Shown here: positions 17,849 to 25,875 of the stretch, in pieces | Layout: every line of letters starts with the position of its first letter | Numbering within the stretch: the stretch's first letter is position 1 | Origin: Sinorhizobium meliloti | GTDB lineage: Bacteria; Pseudomonadota; Alphaproteobacteria; Rhizobiales; Rhizobiaceae | Length of the DNA stretch: 32,000 nucleotides | Direction of reading: 5' to 3' | Assembly: GCF_017876815.1 (NCBI RefSeq) | Contig: NZ_JAGIOS010000001.1 | Location: forward strand, 30,001-62,000 | Position numbers and translations under genes: made by a program | The notes under the pieces: generated by a model | Seen by the model: only the letters and a program-made list of their open reading frames with translations | Databases searched by the model: none | What the model was told of the DNA's origin: nothing

Positions 17849-18297
17849 CGGTCGCCACTCCGACCGATCGACTGGATGTTCGTCGCGATCTTGCAGACGA
17901 CCTTCAGCGCGACGGCGATTTCCTGCGGCTGCAGCCCGCCCAGAACCTCTTCGCGGATGTCGCTCGCGAGCTTCTGGATCTCATCCGCCACGGAGCGGCC
18001 GACGTCCGTCATGTGGATCTGCTTCGCACGCCGGTCGGAAAGCTCGACCCGGCGCTCGATGAATCCCTGCTTTTCCATGCCGTCGAGAAGCCGAACGATC
18101 GTCGGCGTCTCGATATCGAGCTCTTCGGCCAACTCGCGTTGATTGAGACCTTCTTTCCTGGCGAGCGCGAACAGCATCCGCGCACGCGGCAGCGTCAGGC
18201 CGCGCTCCTTCACCCGCGCGTCGAACACCGAGCGCAGTTTGCGGTTGACGGTCGCAAGTGCGTCGAACAGTTCACGATTGTCGTTTGGCTTCGGCAT
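17845..18297 (-). CDS. MarR family transcriptional regulator
   Basis: 150 aa. The winged-HTH region is LTLPRARMLFALARKEGLNQRELAEELDIETPTIVRLLDGMEKQGFIERR..DRR. Confidence 0.9.
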   Translation of the reverse strand: MPKPNDNRELFDALATVNRKLRSVFDARVKERGLTLPRARMLFALARKEGLNQRELAEELDIETPTIVRLLDGMEKQGFIERRVELSDRRAKQIHMTDVGRSVADEIQKLASDIREEVLGGLQPQEIAVALKVVCKIATNIQSIGRSGDR

Positions 18298-18318
18298 TTA
18301 GTATCTTTTCCATATTAC

Positions 18319-18328
18319 TAGCATGCTA
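18319..18328. promoter_or_regulatory. Candidate MarR operator (perfect palindrome TAGCATGCTA)
   Basis: The 10-bp perfect palindrome lies 22-31 nt upstream of the marR ATG and just downstream of the candidate promoter. Confidence 0.4.
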
Positions 18329-18342
18329 ACTATCTGGACACT

Positions 18343-18371
18343 ATTTAATCCGGCCATGGGCATTTTTCAAG
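18343..18371 (-). promoter_or_regulatory. Candidate promoter of the marR-MFS-hlyD operon
   Basis: On the minus strand: CTTGAA (18371-18366), a 17-nt spacer, then TTAAAT (18348-18343). Confidence 0.45.
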
Positions 18372-18480
18372 ATGCCGATCGAGGACGCGGGGATGCGAAT
18401 CAGGTAGTTTTACCCATGGCCGCGGCGTCAACCAGCATCGCGTGAGAATGTATTTTTTTACAACTTCTCCCTTGTCCCCC

Positions 18481-18489
18481 TGTGGATCA
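18481..18489. promoter_or_regulatory. DnaA-box-like 9-mer upstream of dnaB
   Basis: TGTGGATCA is the reverse complement of TGATCCACA, an 8/9 match to TTATCCACA. It lies about 130 nt upstream of the dnaB ATG. Confidence 0.3.
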
Positions 18490-18618
18490 GTCGAACAACG
18501 GGCAAAGGCGACAGGCCGGGTTGTATGGCACGCCACTGTTGCGTGCCTGCACTAGACGCGGCGCGCAACAGTCAGCAAACCGGGTGCCTCACGGGATCAT
18601 AAGCGGAAACGGAAAACG

Positions 18619-20118
18619 ATGAACGACGCAGCGCGAAAGCTCGCCCCTTTGGCCAAGGATCAGGCGGAACAGCATTATCGCGAGGCGCCGAACAATCTGG
18701 AAGCGGAGCAGGCCCTGCTCGGCGCCATTCTCGTCAATAACGACGCCTTCTATCGCGTCTCGGATTTCCTGAAACCCGTACACCTTTATGAGCCGTTGCA
18801 TCGCAGGATCTTCGAGATCGCCGGCGAAATCATCCGCATGGGCAAGACTGCCAACCCGGTGACGGTCAAGACCTTCCTCAAGGCCGACGAGAAGGTCGGC
18901 GACCTGACGGTTGCACAATATCTCGCGCGCCTTGCCGCCGAAGCAGTGTCCATCATCAATGCGGAGGATTACGGCCGCGCGATCTACGACCTGGCGCTCC
19001 GCCGGTCGCTGATCACCATCGGTGAAGACATGGTGAACATCGCCTACGACGCACCGCTCGACATGCCGCCGCAGAGCCAGATCGAGGACGCCGAACGGCG
19101 GCTGTTCGAACTCGCCGAAACAGGGCGCTACGATGGCGGCTTCCAATCGTTCAATGACGCGGTAGCGCTCGCGATCGACATGGCCGGACAGGCGTTCGAG
19201 CGGGACGGTCATCTCTCCGGCATTTCCACCGGCATCCATTCCCTTGACGGGAAGATGGGCGGACTCCAGCGATCGGACCTGATCATCCTCGCCGGCCGTC
19301 CGGGCATGGGCAAGACCTCGCTCGCGACGAACATCGCCTACAACATCGCCGCCGCCTACGAGCCGGAAGTACAGCCCGACGGCTCCTTCAAGGCCAAGAA
19401 CGGCGGCGTGGTCGGCTTCTATTCGCTCGAAATGTCGTCCGAACAGCTCGCCACCCGTATCATCTCCGAGCAGACCGAGGTCTCCTCCTCGAAGATCCGC
19501 CGCGGTGATATTTCGGAGGCGGATTTCGAGAAGCTCGTCGCCTGCTCCCAGATGATGCAGAAAGTGCCGCTTTATATCGACCAGACCGGCGGTATCTCGA
19601 TCGCCCAGCTTGCCGCGCGCGCTCGCCGATTGAAGCGGCAGCGCGGCCTCGACGTGCTCGTGGTCGACTACATCCAGCTCATGACCGGTTCGAAGAAGTC
19701 CGGCGAAAATCGAGTACAGGAAATCACCGAGATCACCACCGGCCTCAAGGCGCTCGGCAAGGAGCTGAACGTGCCGATCATCGCGCTTTCGCAGCTCTCG
19801 CGCGCGGTGGAAAGCCGCGAGGACAAGCGGCCGCAGCTCTCCGACCTGCGTGAATCGGGCTCGATCGAACAGGACGCCGACGTCGTCCTCTTCGTGTTCC
19901 GCGAGGAATATTACGTGAAGAACATGGAACCGCGCGACGAATTCGATCCGAAATACGAAGAGTGGAAGATGCAGATGGAGAAGGTGAAGGGCACGGCCGA
20001 CGTGATCATCGCCAAGCAGCGCCACGGACCGACCGGCACCGTCAAGCTCGCCTTCCAGTCGGAATTCACGCGCTTCTCGGATCTCGCCGATCCGTCGTTC
20101 ACGCAGTACGAGCATTGA
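18619..20118 (+). CDS. dnaB: replicative DNA helicase
   Basis: 499 aa. Has PNNLEAEQALLGAIL at the N-terminus, Walker A GRPGMGKTS, YSLEMS, VVDYIQLM, ALSQLSR and IIAKQRHGPTG. Confidence 0.97.
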   Translation: MNDAARKLAPLAKDQAEQHYREAPNNLEAEQALLGAILVNNDAFYRVSDFLKPVHLYEPLHRRIFEIAGEIIRMGKTANPVTVKTFLKADEKVGDLTVAQYLARLAAEAVSIINAEDYGRAIYDLALRRSLITIGEDMVNIAYDAPLDMPPQSQIEDAERRLFELAETGRYDGGFQSFNDAVALAIDMAGQAFERDGHLSGISTGIHSLDGKMGGLQRSDLIILAGRPGMGKTSLATNIAYNIAAAYEPEVQPDGSFKAKNGGVVGFYSLEMSSEQLATRIISEQTEVSSSKIRRGDISEADFEKLVACSQMMQKVPLYIDQTGGISIAQLAARARRLKRQRGLDVLVVDYIQLMTGSKKSGENRVQEITEITTGLKALGKELNVPIIALSQLSRAVESREDKRPQLSDLRESGSIEQDADVVLFVFREEYYVKNMEPRDEFDPKYEEWKMQMEKVKGTADVIIAKQRHGPTGTVKLAFQSEFTRFSDLADPSFTQYEH

Positions 20119-20131
20119 CAGGCTGATTGCG

Positions 20132-20242
20132 GCCCCTCATCCCGCTGCCGCGACCTTCTCCCCGCAGGCGGGGAGAAGGGGCAAGCCGCATGCAAACAGG
20201 TCCCCTCGCCCCGCTTGCGGGGAGAGGGTTAGGGTGAGGGGC
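20132..20242. repeat. Pair of REP-like hairpin units between convergent dnaB and azlD
   Basis: GCCCCTCATCCCGCTGCCGCGA, then hairpin CCTTCTCCCC-GCAGGC-GGGGAGAAGG (20154-20179). A second hairpin, CCCTCGCCCC-GCTTGC-GGGGAGAGGG, spans about 20202-20228 and is followed by the tail TTAGGGTGAGGGGC. Confidence 0.75.
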
Positions 20243-20269
20243 ATTTTCTCAAGGCGCAGCGACGCCTCT

Positions 20270-20572
20270 CTACCCCACGAACACCCTCGCAACCGCCACG
20301 ACAATCACGCCGGCCGCCACGGCCGCGAGCAGCGGCAGCCTCGTGGCGACAAGCGCTGTGGCGAGGGCCGCGAGCGTTTCGGCCGGCCCGGTGACCAACG
20401 CCGTCGGCGCGATGACGGCCATCAATACGGCCGGCGGGATCGCCTCCAGCGCCCGCTTCTGCTTCGGACCTATCGTCACGAAACGGATGAGGACAAGACC
20501 GCCGAGCCGGGTCAGCACCGTCGCAACGGCCATCGCGGCGATCGCAAGAAACGTGTGCGGATCGAGCGTCAT
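20270..20572 (-). CDS. azlD: AzlD-family branched-chain amino acid transport protein
   Basis: 100 aa and very hydrophobic. Its ATG overlaps the azlC stop (ATGA). Confidence 0.85.
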   Translation of the reverse strand: MTLDPHTFLAIAAMAVATVLTRLGGLVLIRFVTIGPKQKRALEAIPPAVLMAVIAPTALVTGPAETLAALATALVATRLPLLAAVAAGVIVVAVARVFVG

Positions 20573-21270
20573 GCGCGGGCTTCCTGACGTTCACCGGTGA
20601 AAAGCGCCGCAACGACGCCCGCCGCCGAACCGGCTGCGATGTACCAGACGCCGGGGAGGAACTGGCGTGCGAGGACCGCGGCCGCGGCGCTCGCAGCGAG
20701 AATCGCGCCGGTTTCACGTCCCTTCCAGAAGCCCATGACCAGGACGATGAAGACCGCGGGAAACGCAAAATCGAGACCGAGCGCTTTCGGGTCTCCGAGG
20801 AATGCGCCGGCGAGCGAGCCGGCAAGACCGGCAAGCACCCAGGCCAGATAGAACGGCACCGCAAGGCCCGCATACCAGGCAGGCGTGAGACGCGACTCAC
20901 CTGCCCGGACCTCGGCCATGGCCCAGATCTCGTCGGCAAGGAGAAGCATCGCGGCATATCTCGCCGGCCCCGAGAAGGCCGGCATCTTCGTGCCGATCGA
21001 TGCGCTCATCAGAAGATGACGGATATTGACGAGCAGCGCCGAAAATCCGAGAGCGGCCCAGGAGGCGGGATGAGTCCAGATGTCGAGCGCAACGAATTGC
21101 GAACCGCCGGCGAAGACCAGCGCGCTCATCATCACGACTTCGAGGCTCGACAGGCCCTTGGTCGCGGCAACGGCCCCGAAAACGAGCCCGATCGGCATCA
21201 CCGCCACGATGAGCGGTGCCATCGCCCTGAAACCTCCCCAGAATTCCTCGACTGCCCGCGACTTCTTCAC
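20569..21270 (-). CDS. azlC: AzlC-family branched-chain amino acid permease/exporter component
   Basis: A hydrophobic protein starting VKKSRAVEEFWGGFRAMAPLIVAVMPIGLVFG. GTG 21270 is preceded by GGGAGA. The track start 21570 adds 100 Arg/Ser-rich residues and was rejected. Confidence 0.82.
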   Translation of the reverse strand: MKKSRAVEEFWGGFRAMAPLIVAVMPIGLVFGAVAATKGLSSLEVVMMSALVFAGGSQFVALDIWTHPASWAALGFSALLVNIRHLLMSASIGTKMPAFSGPARYAAMLLLADEIWAMAEVRAGESRLTPAWYAGLAVPFYLAWVLAGLAGSLAGAFLGDPKALGLDFAFPAVFIVLVMGFWKGRETGAILAASAAAAVLARQFLPGVWYIAAGSAAGVVAALFTGERQEARA

Positions 21271-21403
21271 GCCTGGGATCTCCCGTACTTGCAACACTAA
21301 CCTTCTGAAACTACGCGCTTCCGGACGGAAAACCGTCACACGCTTTTCCTGGAAGTGCCCAGGAAGTAACCAGGCAGAAGACCGCCGTCTTGAACGAAAG
21401 TGA

Positions 21404-22261
21404 TCAGGCTGAGCGATAGGCACCCGGCGTGACGCCGGTTCGAGCCTTGAAATGGCGGCTGAAATGCGCCTGATCGGCGAAACCGCAGTGATAGGCGGTG
21501 TCCGCCGCAGACCAACCTCTGCGCAGGAGCGCCTTTGCTTCCCGCACCCGCTTGTCGGTGAGAAAAGCATGCGGGGTGATGTGGAATTCCTTTCGGAAGG
21601 CGCGGATCAGATGGGCGCGGCTGAGGCCCGCCAGCTTCGCAAGCTCCTCCAGCCCGATATCGTGCGTGTAGTTTTCAACAAGATAATCGCGTGCCCGGTG
21701 CACGGCTGAGCTCTCGCGCGTCTGCAGGGGGACGATGATAGCGTTGCCGTGGCGCTCGAAGAGCCTGGCCAGGAACCCGAACATGCTTTCGTCCGCTTCC
21801 AGGGTACCGACCTTGCCTTCCAATGCACGGTGCGCACGATGAAAGCCGAGCGCAAGCTCTCTATCGGTGAGAAGCAGCCGCGAGAAGGACGGCGTTCCCT
21901 TGAAGGAGCGGCCGGTCACATCCTCGAGTATCTCGACCAGCAGGTCCGTGGGTGGATAGACCATCCGGTAGCGGTAGCCTTCGTGACCCGGATGCCCGTC
22001 GTGGATTTCATCCGGATTGATGAGATAGAGATCTCCCGGGCCCGTCTGCGATCGTTCCCCCTTGATCGTGCTGATCTGGGAACCCGCTTCGATCGCACCT
22101 ATGCTGAACGTGTCGTGCGCGTGCGGTGCGAATTCATGCGTGATGAAGGTCGCGCTCAGGCACTCCATGCCCTTGAAGCGCGGGTCGCGCCAGAAACGGG
22201 TCCGCTCGGCTCCCTCGAGCGGCATGGCCTCGATGGCCTTTTCCTGTGAGATCGTTTCCAT
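21404..22261 (-). CDS. AraC family transcriptional regulator (cupin-type N-terminal domain)
   Basis: 285 aa. The C-terminal double HTH includes LEELAKLAGLSRAHLIRAFRKEF...YHCGFADQAHFSRHFKARTGVTPGAYR. Confidence 0.88.
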   Translation of the reverse strand: METISQEKAIEAMPLEGAERTRFWRDPRFKGMECLSATFITHEFAPHAHDTFSIGAIEAGSQISTIKGERSQTGPGDLYLINPDEIHDGHPGHEGYRYRMVYPPTDLLVEILEDVTGRSFKGTPSFSRLLLTDRELALGFHRAHRALEGKVGTLEADESMFGFLARLFERHGNAIIVPLQTRESSAVHRARDYLVENYTHDIGLEELAKLAGLSRAHLIRAFRKEFHITPHAFLTDKRVREAKALLRRGWSAADTAYHCGFADQAHFSRHFKARTGVTPGAYRSA

Positions 22262-22394
22262 CGGACGATCTTATCGGGCGAGGAGAGCCTCGTCTTGCAT
22301 GAAAGTGCTTTCGGCCAGAGCATTGCGTCGGCCGTTTGCGGCGCGGGGCACTTGGATGTATTGCTGCCGATATCGCCCACGCAGAGTTTTCGGT

Positions 22395-23534
22395 ATGCAA
22401 AGCCCCGAGTTTCTTTCCGCCTCCAGCAGGCTCACCGTCGACCTCACCGCGCTCGCCGACAATTGGCGGGCGATGAACGAGCGGTCCGGAAAAGCCCGCG
22501 CCGCCGCCGTTCTGAAGGCCGATGCCTACGGTCTCGGCGTCGTGCATGCCGCTCCGGCTCTCTATGCCGCCGGCGCGCGCGATTTCTTCGTGGCCAGTGT
22601 CGAAGAAGGGGCCGATCTTCGCCCGCTTGTTCCGGATGGGCGAATCTACATTCTCGCGGGAATGTGGCCCGGCAACGAGGAGCTCTTCTTCGAGAACGAT
22701 CTCGTGCCGATCATCAACTCGGAAGAGCAGCTGGCGGTCTTCATGGCAGCGCTTTCCGAACGGGGCGACCACCCCTGCGTTCTCCACGTCGACACGGGCA
22801 TGAACCGGCTCGGCCTGTCGCCTGAGGAGGCGCTTGCCCTCGCCCACGACCCTGCGCGGCCTGCGAGTTTCTCGCCGGTCCTCGTCATGAGCCATCTGGC
22901 CTGCGCCGACGATCCCGGACACCCGATGAACCGCTATCAGCTTCAGCGTTTCCGCGAGGTGACCGCCGCCTTCGAGGGCGTGCCGGCGAGCCTTGCAAAT
23001 TCCGGCGGCGTGTTCCTCGGTGCGGACTACCACTTCGACCTCACCCGGCCCGGCATCGCGGTCTATGGCGGCGAGGCGGTAAATGGCGCGGTCAATCCGA
23101 TGAAAGCGGTCGTCACCGCCGAAGCGCGCATCGTGCAGGTCAGGACGGTTCCATCCGGCGGAACGGCAAGCTACGGCGCCTCGGTCCGCTTCGGCCGCGA
23201 CAGCCGCATTGCGACGGTCGCGATCGGCTATGCCGACGGCTACCACCGTTCGGTTTCGGGCGGCGGCGTCACCCTCAGACAGGCGATGCCCTCGGGCGCC
23301 TTCGGTTTCCTGCATGGTATGAAGGTGCCGCATGTCGGTCGGGTGACGATGGATCTGAGCCTGTTCGATGTCACGGACCTGCCGGAAGCGGCCGTACGTG
23401 CCGGCGATTATATCGAGGTCTTCGGGCGCAATGTCGTCATCGACGACGTCGCGCGCGCCGGCGGTACCATCGGCTACGAGCTGCTGACGAGCCTCGGCCG
23501 GCGCTATCATCGGACCTATGTCGGAGGCGCTTGA
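22395..23534 (+). CDS. alr: alanine racemase
   Basis: Start MQSPEFLSASSRLTVDLTAL. The PLP-lysine motif is AAVLKADAYGLG, and SHLACAD and GYADGYHR are present. The track start 22062 runs through the araC divergent region and was rejected. Confidence 0.92.
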   Translation: MQSPEFLSASSRLTVDLTALADNWRAMNERSGKARAAAVLKADAYGLGVVHAAPALYAAGARDFFVASVEEGADLRPLVPDGRIYILAGMWPGNEELFFENDLVPIINSEEQLAVFMAALSERGDHPCVLHVDTGMNRLGLSPEEALALAHDPARPASFSPVLVMSHLACADDPGHPMNRYQLQRFREVTAAFEGVPASLANSGGVFLGADYHFDLTRPGIAVYGGEAVNGAVNPMKAVVTAEARIVQVRTVPSGGTASYGASVRFGRDSRIATVAIGYADGYHRSVSGGGVTLRQAMPSGAFGFLHGMKVPHVGRVTMDLSLFDVTDLPEAAVRAGDYIEVFGRNVVIDDVARAGGTIGYELLTSLGRRYHRTYVGGA

Positions 23535-23657
23535 ACAAGGCGCAAAGGAATATCGTCCTTTCAAACAGGATTTCGCGGCATTATGTGACCGCCAAGAGTG
23601 ATTCTCGGGCGGCGGCAATTCCGCCATCTGCCCGCAAACATCCGAAAGCCGACATCT

Positions 23658-25061
23658 ATGGCGAAAGCCCGCACCCAGTTCGTCTGCCAGAATTGCGGCA
23701 CAGTCCATTCCCGCTGGGTGGGCAAGTGCGACGGCTGCGGCGAGTGGAACACGATCATCGAGGATAATCCCACGGCGGGGATCGGCGGCGGTCCCATGCG
23801 CACGCCGAAGAAGGGGCGTCCCGTCGCACTTACGACGCTGTCCGGAGAGATCGAAGACGCGCCGCGCATCCAGACCGGCATTTCGGAACTCGATCGCGTG
23901 ACCGGCGGCGGCTTCGTTCGCGGATCCGCACTGCTCGTCGGCGGAGATCCGGGCATCGGCAAGTCGACCGTGCTGATGCAGGCGGCCGCGGCGCTTGCAC
24001 GCCGGAAGCACCGGGTGATCTATGTCTCGGGCGAAGAAGCGATCGCCCAGGTCCGCCTGCGTGCTCAGCGGCTCGGCGCCGCCGACAGCGACGTGCTCCT
24101 TGCCGCCGAGACGAATGTCGAAGATATTCTCGCGACGCTTTCCGAGGGCAAGCGCCCGGACCTCGTCATCATCGATTCCATCCAGACGCTTTGGAGCGAC
24201 ATCGTCGACTCCGCGCCCGGCACGGTGACGCAGGTGCGCACCGGTGTGCAGGCGATGATCCGCTTCGCCAAGCAGACGGGCACGGCGGTCGTGCTGGTCG
24301 GCCACGTGACAAAGGAGGGCCAGATCGCCGGCCCCCGCGTCGTCGAGCACATGGTCGACGCCGTCCTTTATTTCGAGGGCGACCGCGGCCATCATTACCG
24401 CATCCTCAGGACGGTGAAGAACCGTTTCGGACCGACCGACGAGATCGGCGTTTTCGAAATGTCCGACAAGGGCCTGCGCGAGGTCGCCAACCCGTCGGAG
24501 CTGTTTCTCGGCGAACGCAATGCGAAATCGCCGGGTGCAGCGGTTTTCGCCGGCATGGAAGGCACGCGCCCCGTGCTTGTCGAGGTACAGGCGCTGGTCG
24601 CGCCGACATCGCTCGGAACGCCGCGCCGCGCCGTGGTCGGCTGGGACTCGGCCCGCCTTTCGATGATCCTCGCCGTGCTGGAAGCCCATTGCGGCATTCG
24701 CCTCGGCCAGCACGACGTCTACCTCAATGTCGCGGGTGGCTATCGCATTTCCGAACCGGCGGCCGATCTCGCTGTGGCTTCCGCACTGGTTTCGTCGCTT
24801 GCCGGGCTTGCCCTGCCGCCCGATTGCGTCTATTTCGGCGAAGTCAGCTTGTCGGGTGCAGTCCGGCCGGTTGCGCATACCGCCCAACGTCTCAAGGAAG
24901 CCGAGAAACTCGGTTTCTCCCAGGCAGTCCTGCCATCTGCATCGACCGAGTTGCCGAAGAACGGCAACGGCCGCTGGAGCGAGATGGAAAGCCTGCCGGA
25001 TCTGGTGGCGCGTATCGCGGGATCGCGGCGTGCCCTGCAACAGACGAATGACGAGGACTGA
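23658..25061 (+). CDS. radA: DNA repair protein RadA (Sms)
   Basis: Start MAKARTQFVCQNCG....CDGCGEWNT is the zinc finger. Has Walker A GDPGIGKST, the KNRFG motif (VKNRFGPT), and a Lon-like C-terminal domain. Confidence 0.95.
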   Translation: MAKARTQFVCQNCGTVHSRWVGKCDGCGEWNTIIEDNPTAGIGGGPMRTPKKGRPVALTTLSGEIEDAPRIQTGISELDRVTGGGFVRGSALLVGGDPGIGKSTVLMQAAAALARRKHRVIYVSGEEAIAQVRLRAQRLGAADSDVLLAAETNVEDILATLSEGKRPDLVIIDSIQTLWSDIVDSAPGTVTQVRTGVQAMIRFAKQTGTAVVLVGHVTKEGQIAGPRVVEHMVDAVLYFEGDRGHHYRILRTVKNRFGPTDEIGVFEMSDKGLREVANPSELFLGERNAKSPGAAVFAGMEGTRPVLVEVQALVAPTSLGTPRRAVVGWDSARLSMILAVLEAHCGIRLGQHDVYLNVAGGYRISEPAADLAVASALVSSLAGLALPPDCVYFGEVSLSGAVRPVAHTAQRLKEAEKLGFSQAVLPSASTELPKNGNGRWSEMESLPDLVARIAGSRRALQQTNDED

Positions 25062-25129
25062 CGGAATAGCCGCGCCCTGGAGCATCAACGGGATGTGCCG
25101 CCTGGCGGTGGAGTCGGAGTAAGGACAAC

Positions 25130-25729
25130 ATGCCCATCACAATTCTCGACGGTATCGTTCTCGGCGTCGCGCTGTTTTCAGCCGTCCTCGCGATGGTTCG
25201 CGGCTTCTCGCGCGAGGTTCTGTCGGTGGCGAGCTGGGTCGGCGCAGCCGCCGCGGCCTATTTCCTCTATCCGCATCTTCTGCCCTACGCCAGCCAGTAC
25301 ACGACCAGCGGAACGGTCGCGATGATCGGCTCGGCGGCCGTGATCTTCCTGATTGCACTGATCATCATCTCCTTCATCACGATGCGGGTGGCCGACTTCA
25401 TCATCGACAGCCGCATCGGCGCGCTCGACCGCACGCTCGGCTTCCTGTTCGGGGCCGCTCGCGGCATTCTGCTCGTCGTCGTCGCCATGCTGTTCTTCAA
25501 CTGGCTCGTGGCGCCGCAGCAGCAGCCCGTCTGGGTGACCCACGCGAAGTCGAAACCGCTGCTCGACAATCTCGGCAATCAGTTGGTAGCGCTCCTGCCG
25601 GAAGAGGCCGACGCCACCATTCTCGACCGCTTGCGCGGCAAGGATACGACCGGCGAAGGCGAAAGCGAGACGCCGCCGGCTCAGACGGAACAGGCGCCCG
25701 GCGAGGAAGCACCGGCGACGAACGGCTGA
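25130..25729 (+). CDS. cvpA: CvpA family (colicin V production) membrane protein
   Basis: 199 aa. Starts MPITILDGIVLGVALFSAVLAMVRGF, has several TM segments, and occupies the classic position upstream of purF. Confidence 0.88.
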   Translation: MPITILDGIVLGVALFSAVLAMVRGFSREVLSVASWVGAAAAAYFLYPHLLPYASQYTTSGTVAMIGSAAVIFLIALIIISFITMRVADFIIDSRIGALDRTLGFLFGAARGILLVVVAMLFFNWLVAPQQQPVWVTHAKSKPLLDNLGNQLVALLPEEADATILDRLRGKDTTGEGESETPPAQTEQAPGEEAPATNG

Positions 25730-25751
25730 GATCGACAGGAAAGTTTGCAAT

Positions 25752-25780
25752 AAAGCCCGCTGTGCGGGCTTTATCCATTT
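25752..25780 (+). terminator. Rho-independent terminator-like hairpin after cvpA
   Basis: AAAGCCCGC-TGT-GCGGGCTTT followed by ATCCATTT. Confidence 0.65.
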
Positions 25781-25875
25781 GGAATGACGCTTGTCAGTGT
25801 TTTCGGGTAAGATCGCTTGAAGACTGGCGGCCCGATCACGATATGCGCACCGGCACGTAGCAAAGGCGAATTGCG

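Noticed and set aside
18526-18542. Sigma-54-like TGGCAC...TTGC upstream of dnaB
   Set aside because: The spacing between TGGCAC and TTGC is 7 nt rather than the required 5, and the sequence is also part of a GGCACGC/GCGTGCC hairpin.
18589-20115. Other long ORFs antisense to or overlapping real genes: 18589..20115(-) over dnaB, 25771..27276(-) over purF, 4883..6175(+) over mltG, 6341..7792(+) over fabF, 10868..12367(-), 599..1840(-), 13944..14939(-), 15120..16379(+), 28416..29468(-), 8680..9378(+), 9713..10408(+)
   Set aside because: Each overlaps a gene with strong family signatures on the other strand or in another frame. Their translations are Arg/Gly/Asp/Pro-rich and repetitive. They are treated as shadow ORFs of a high-GC genome.
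22134-25088. Uninterrupted 984-aa minus-strand ORF spanning the antisense of alr, the alr-radA gap and radA
   Set aside because: The sense-strand genes carry clear family motifs (alanine racemase PLP-Lys motif; RadA zinc finger, Walker A and KNRFG). The antisense product is Arg/Ala/Gly/Asp/His-rich low complexity with no recognisable motif or ribosome-binding site. Long stop-free antisense frames are expected in GC-rich coding DNA.
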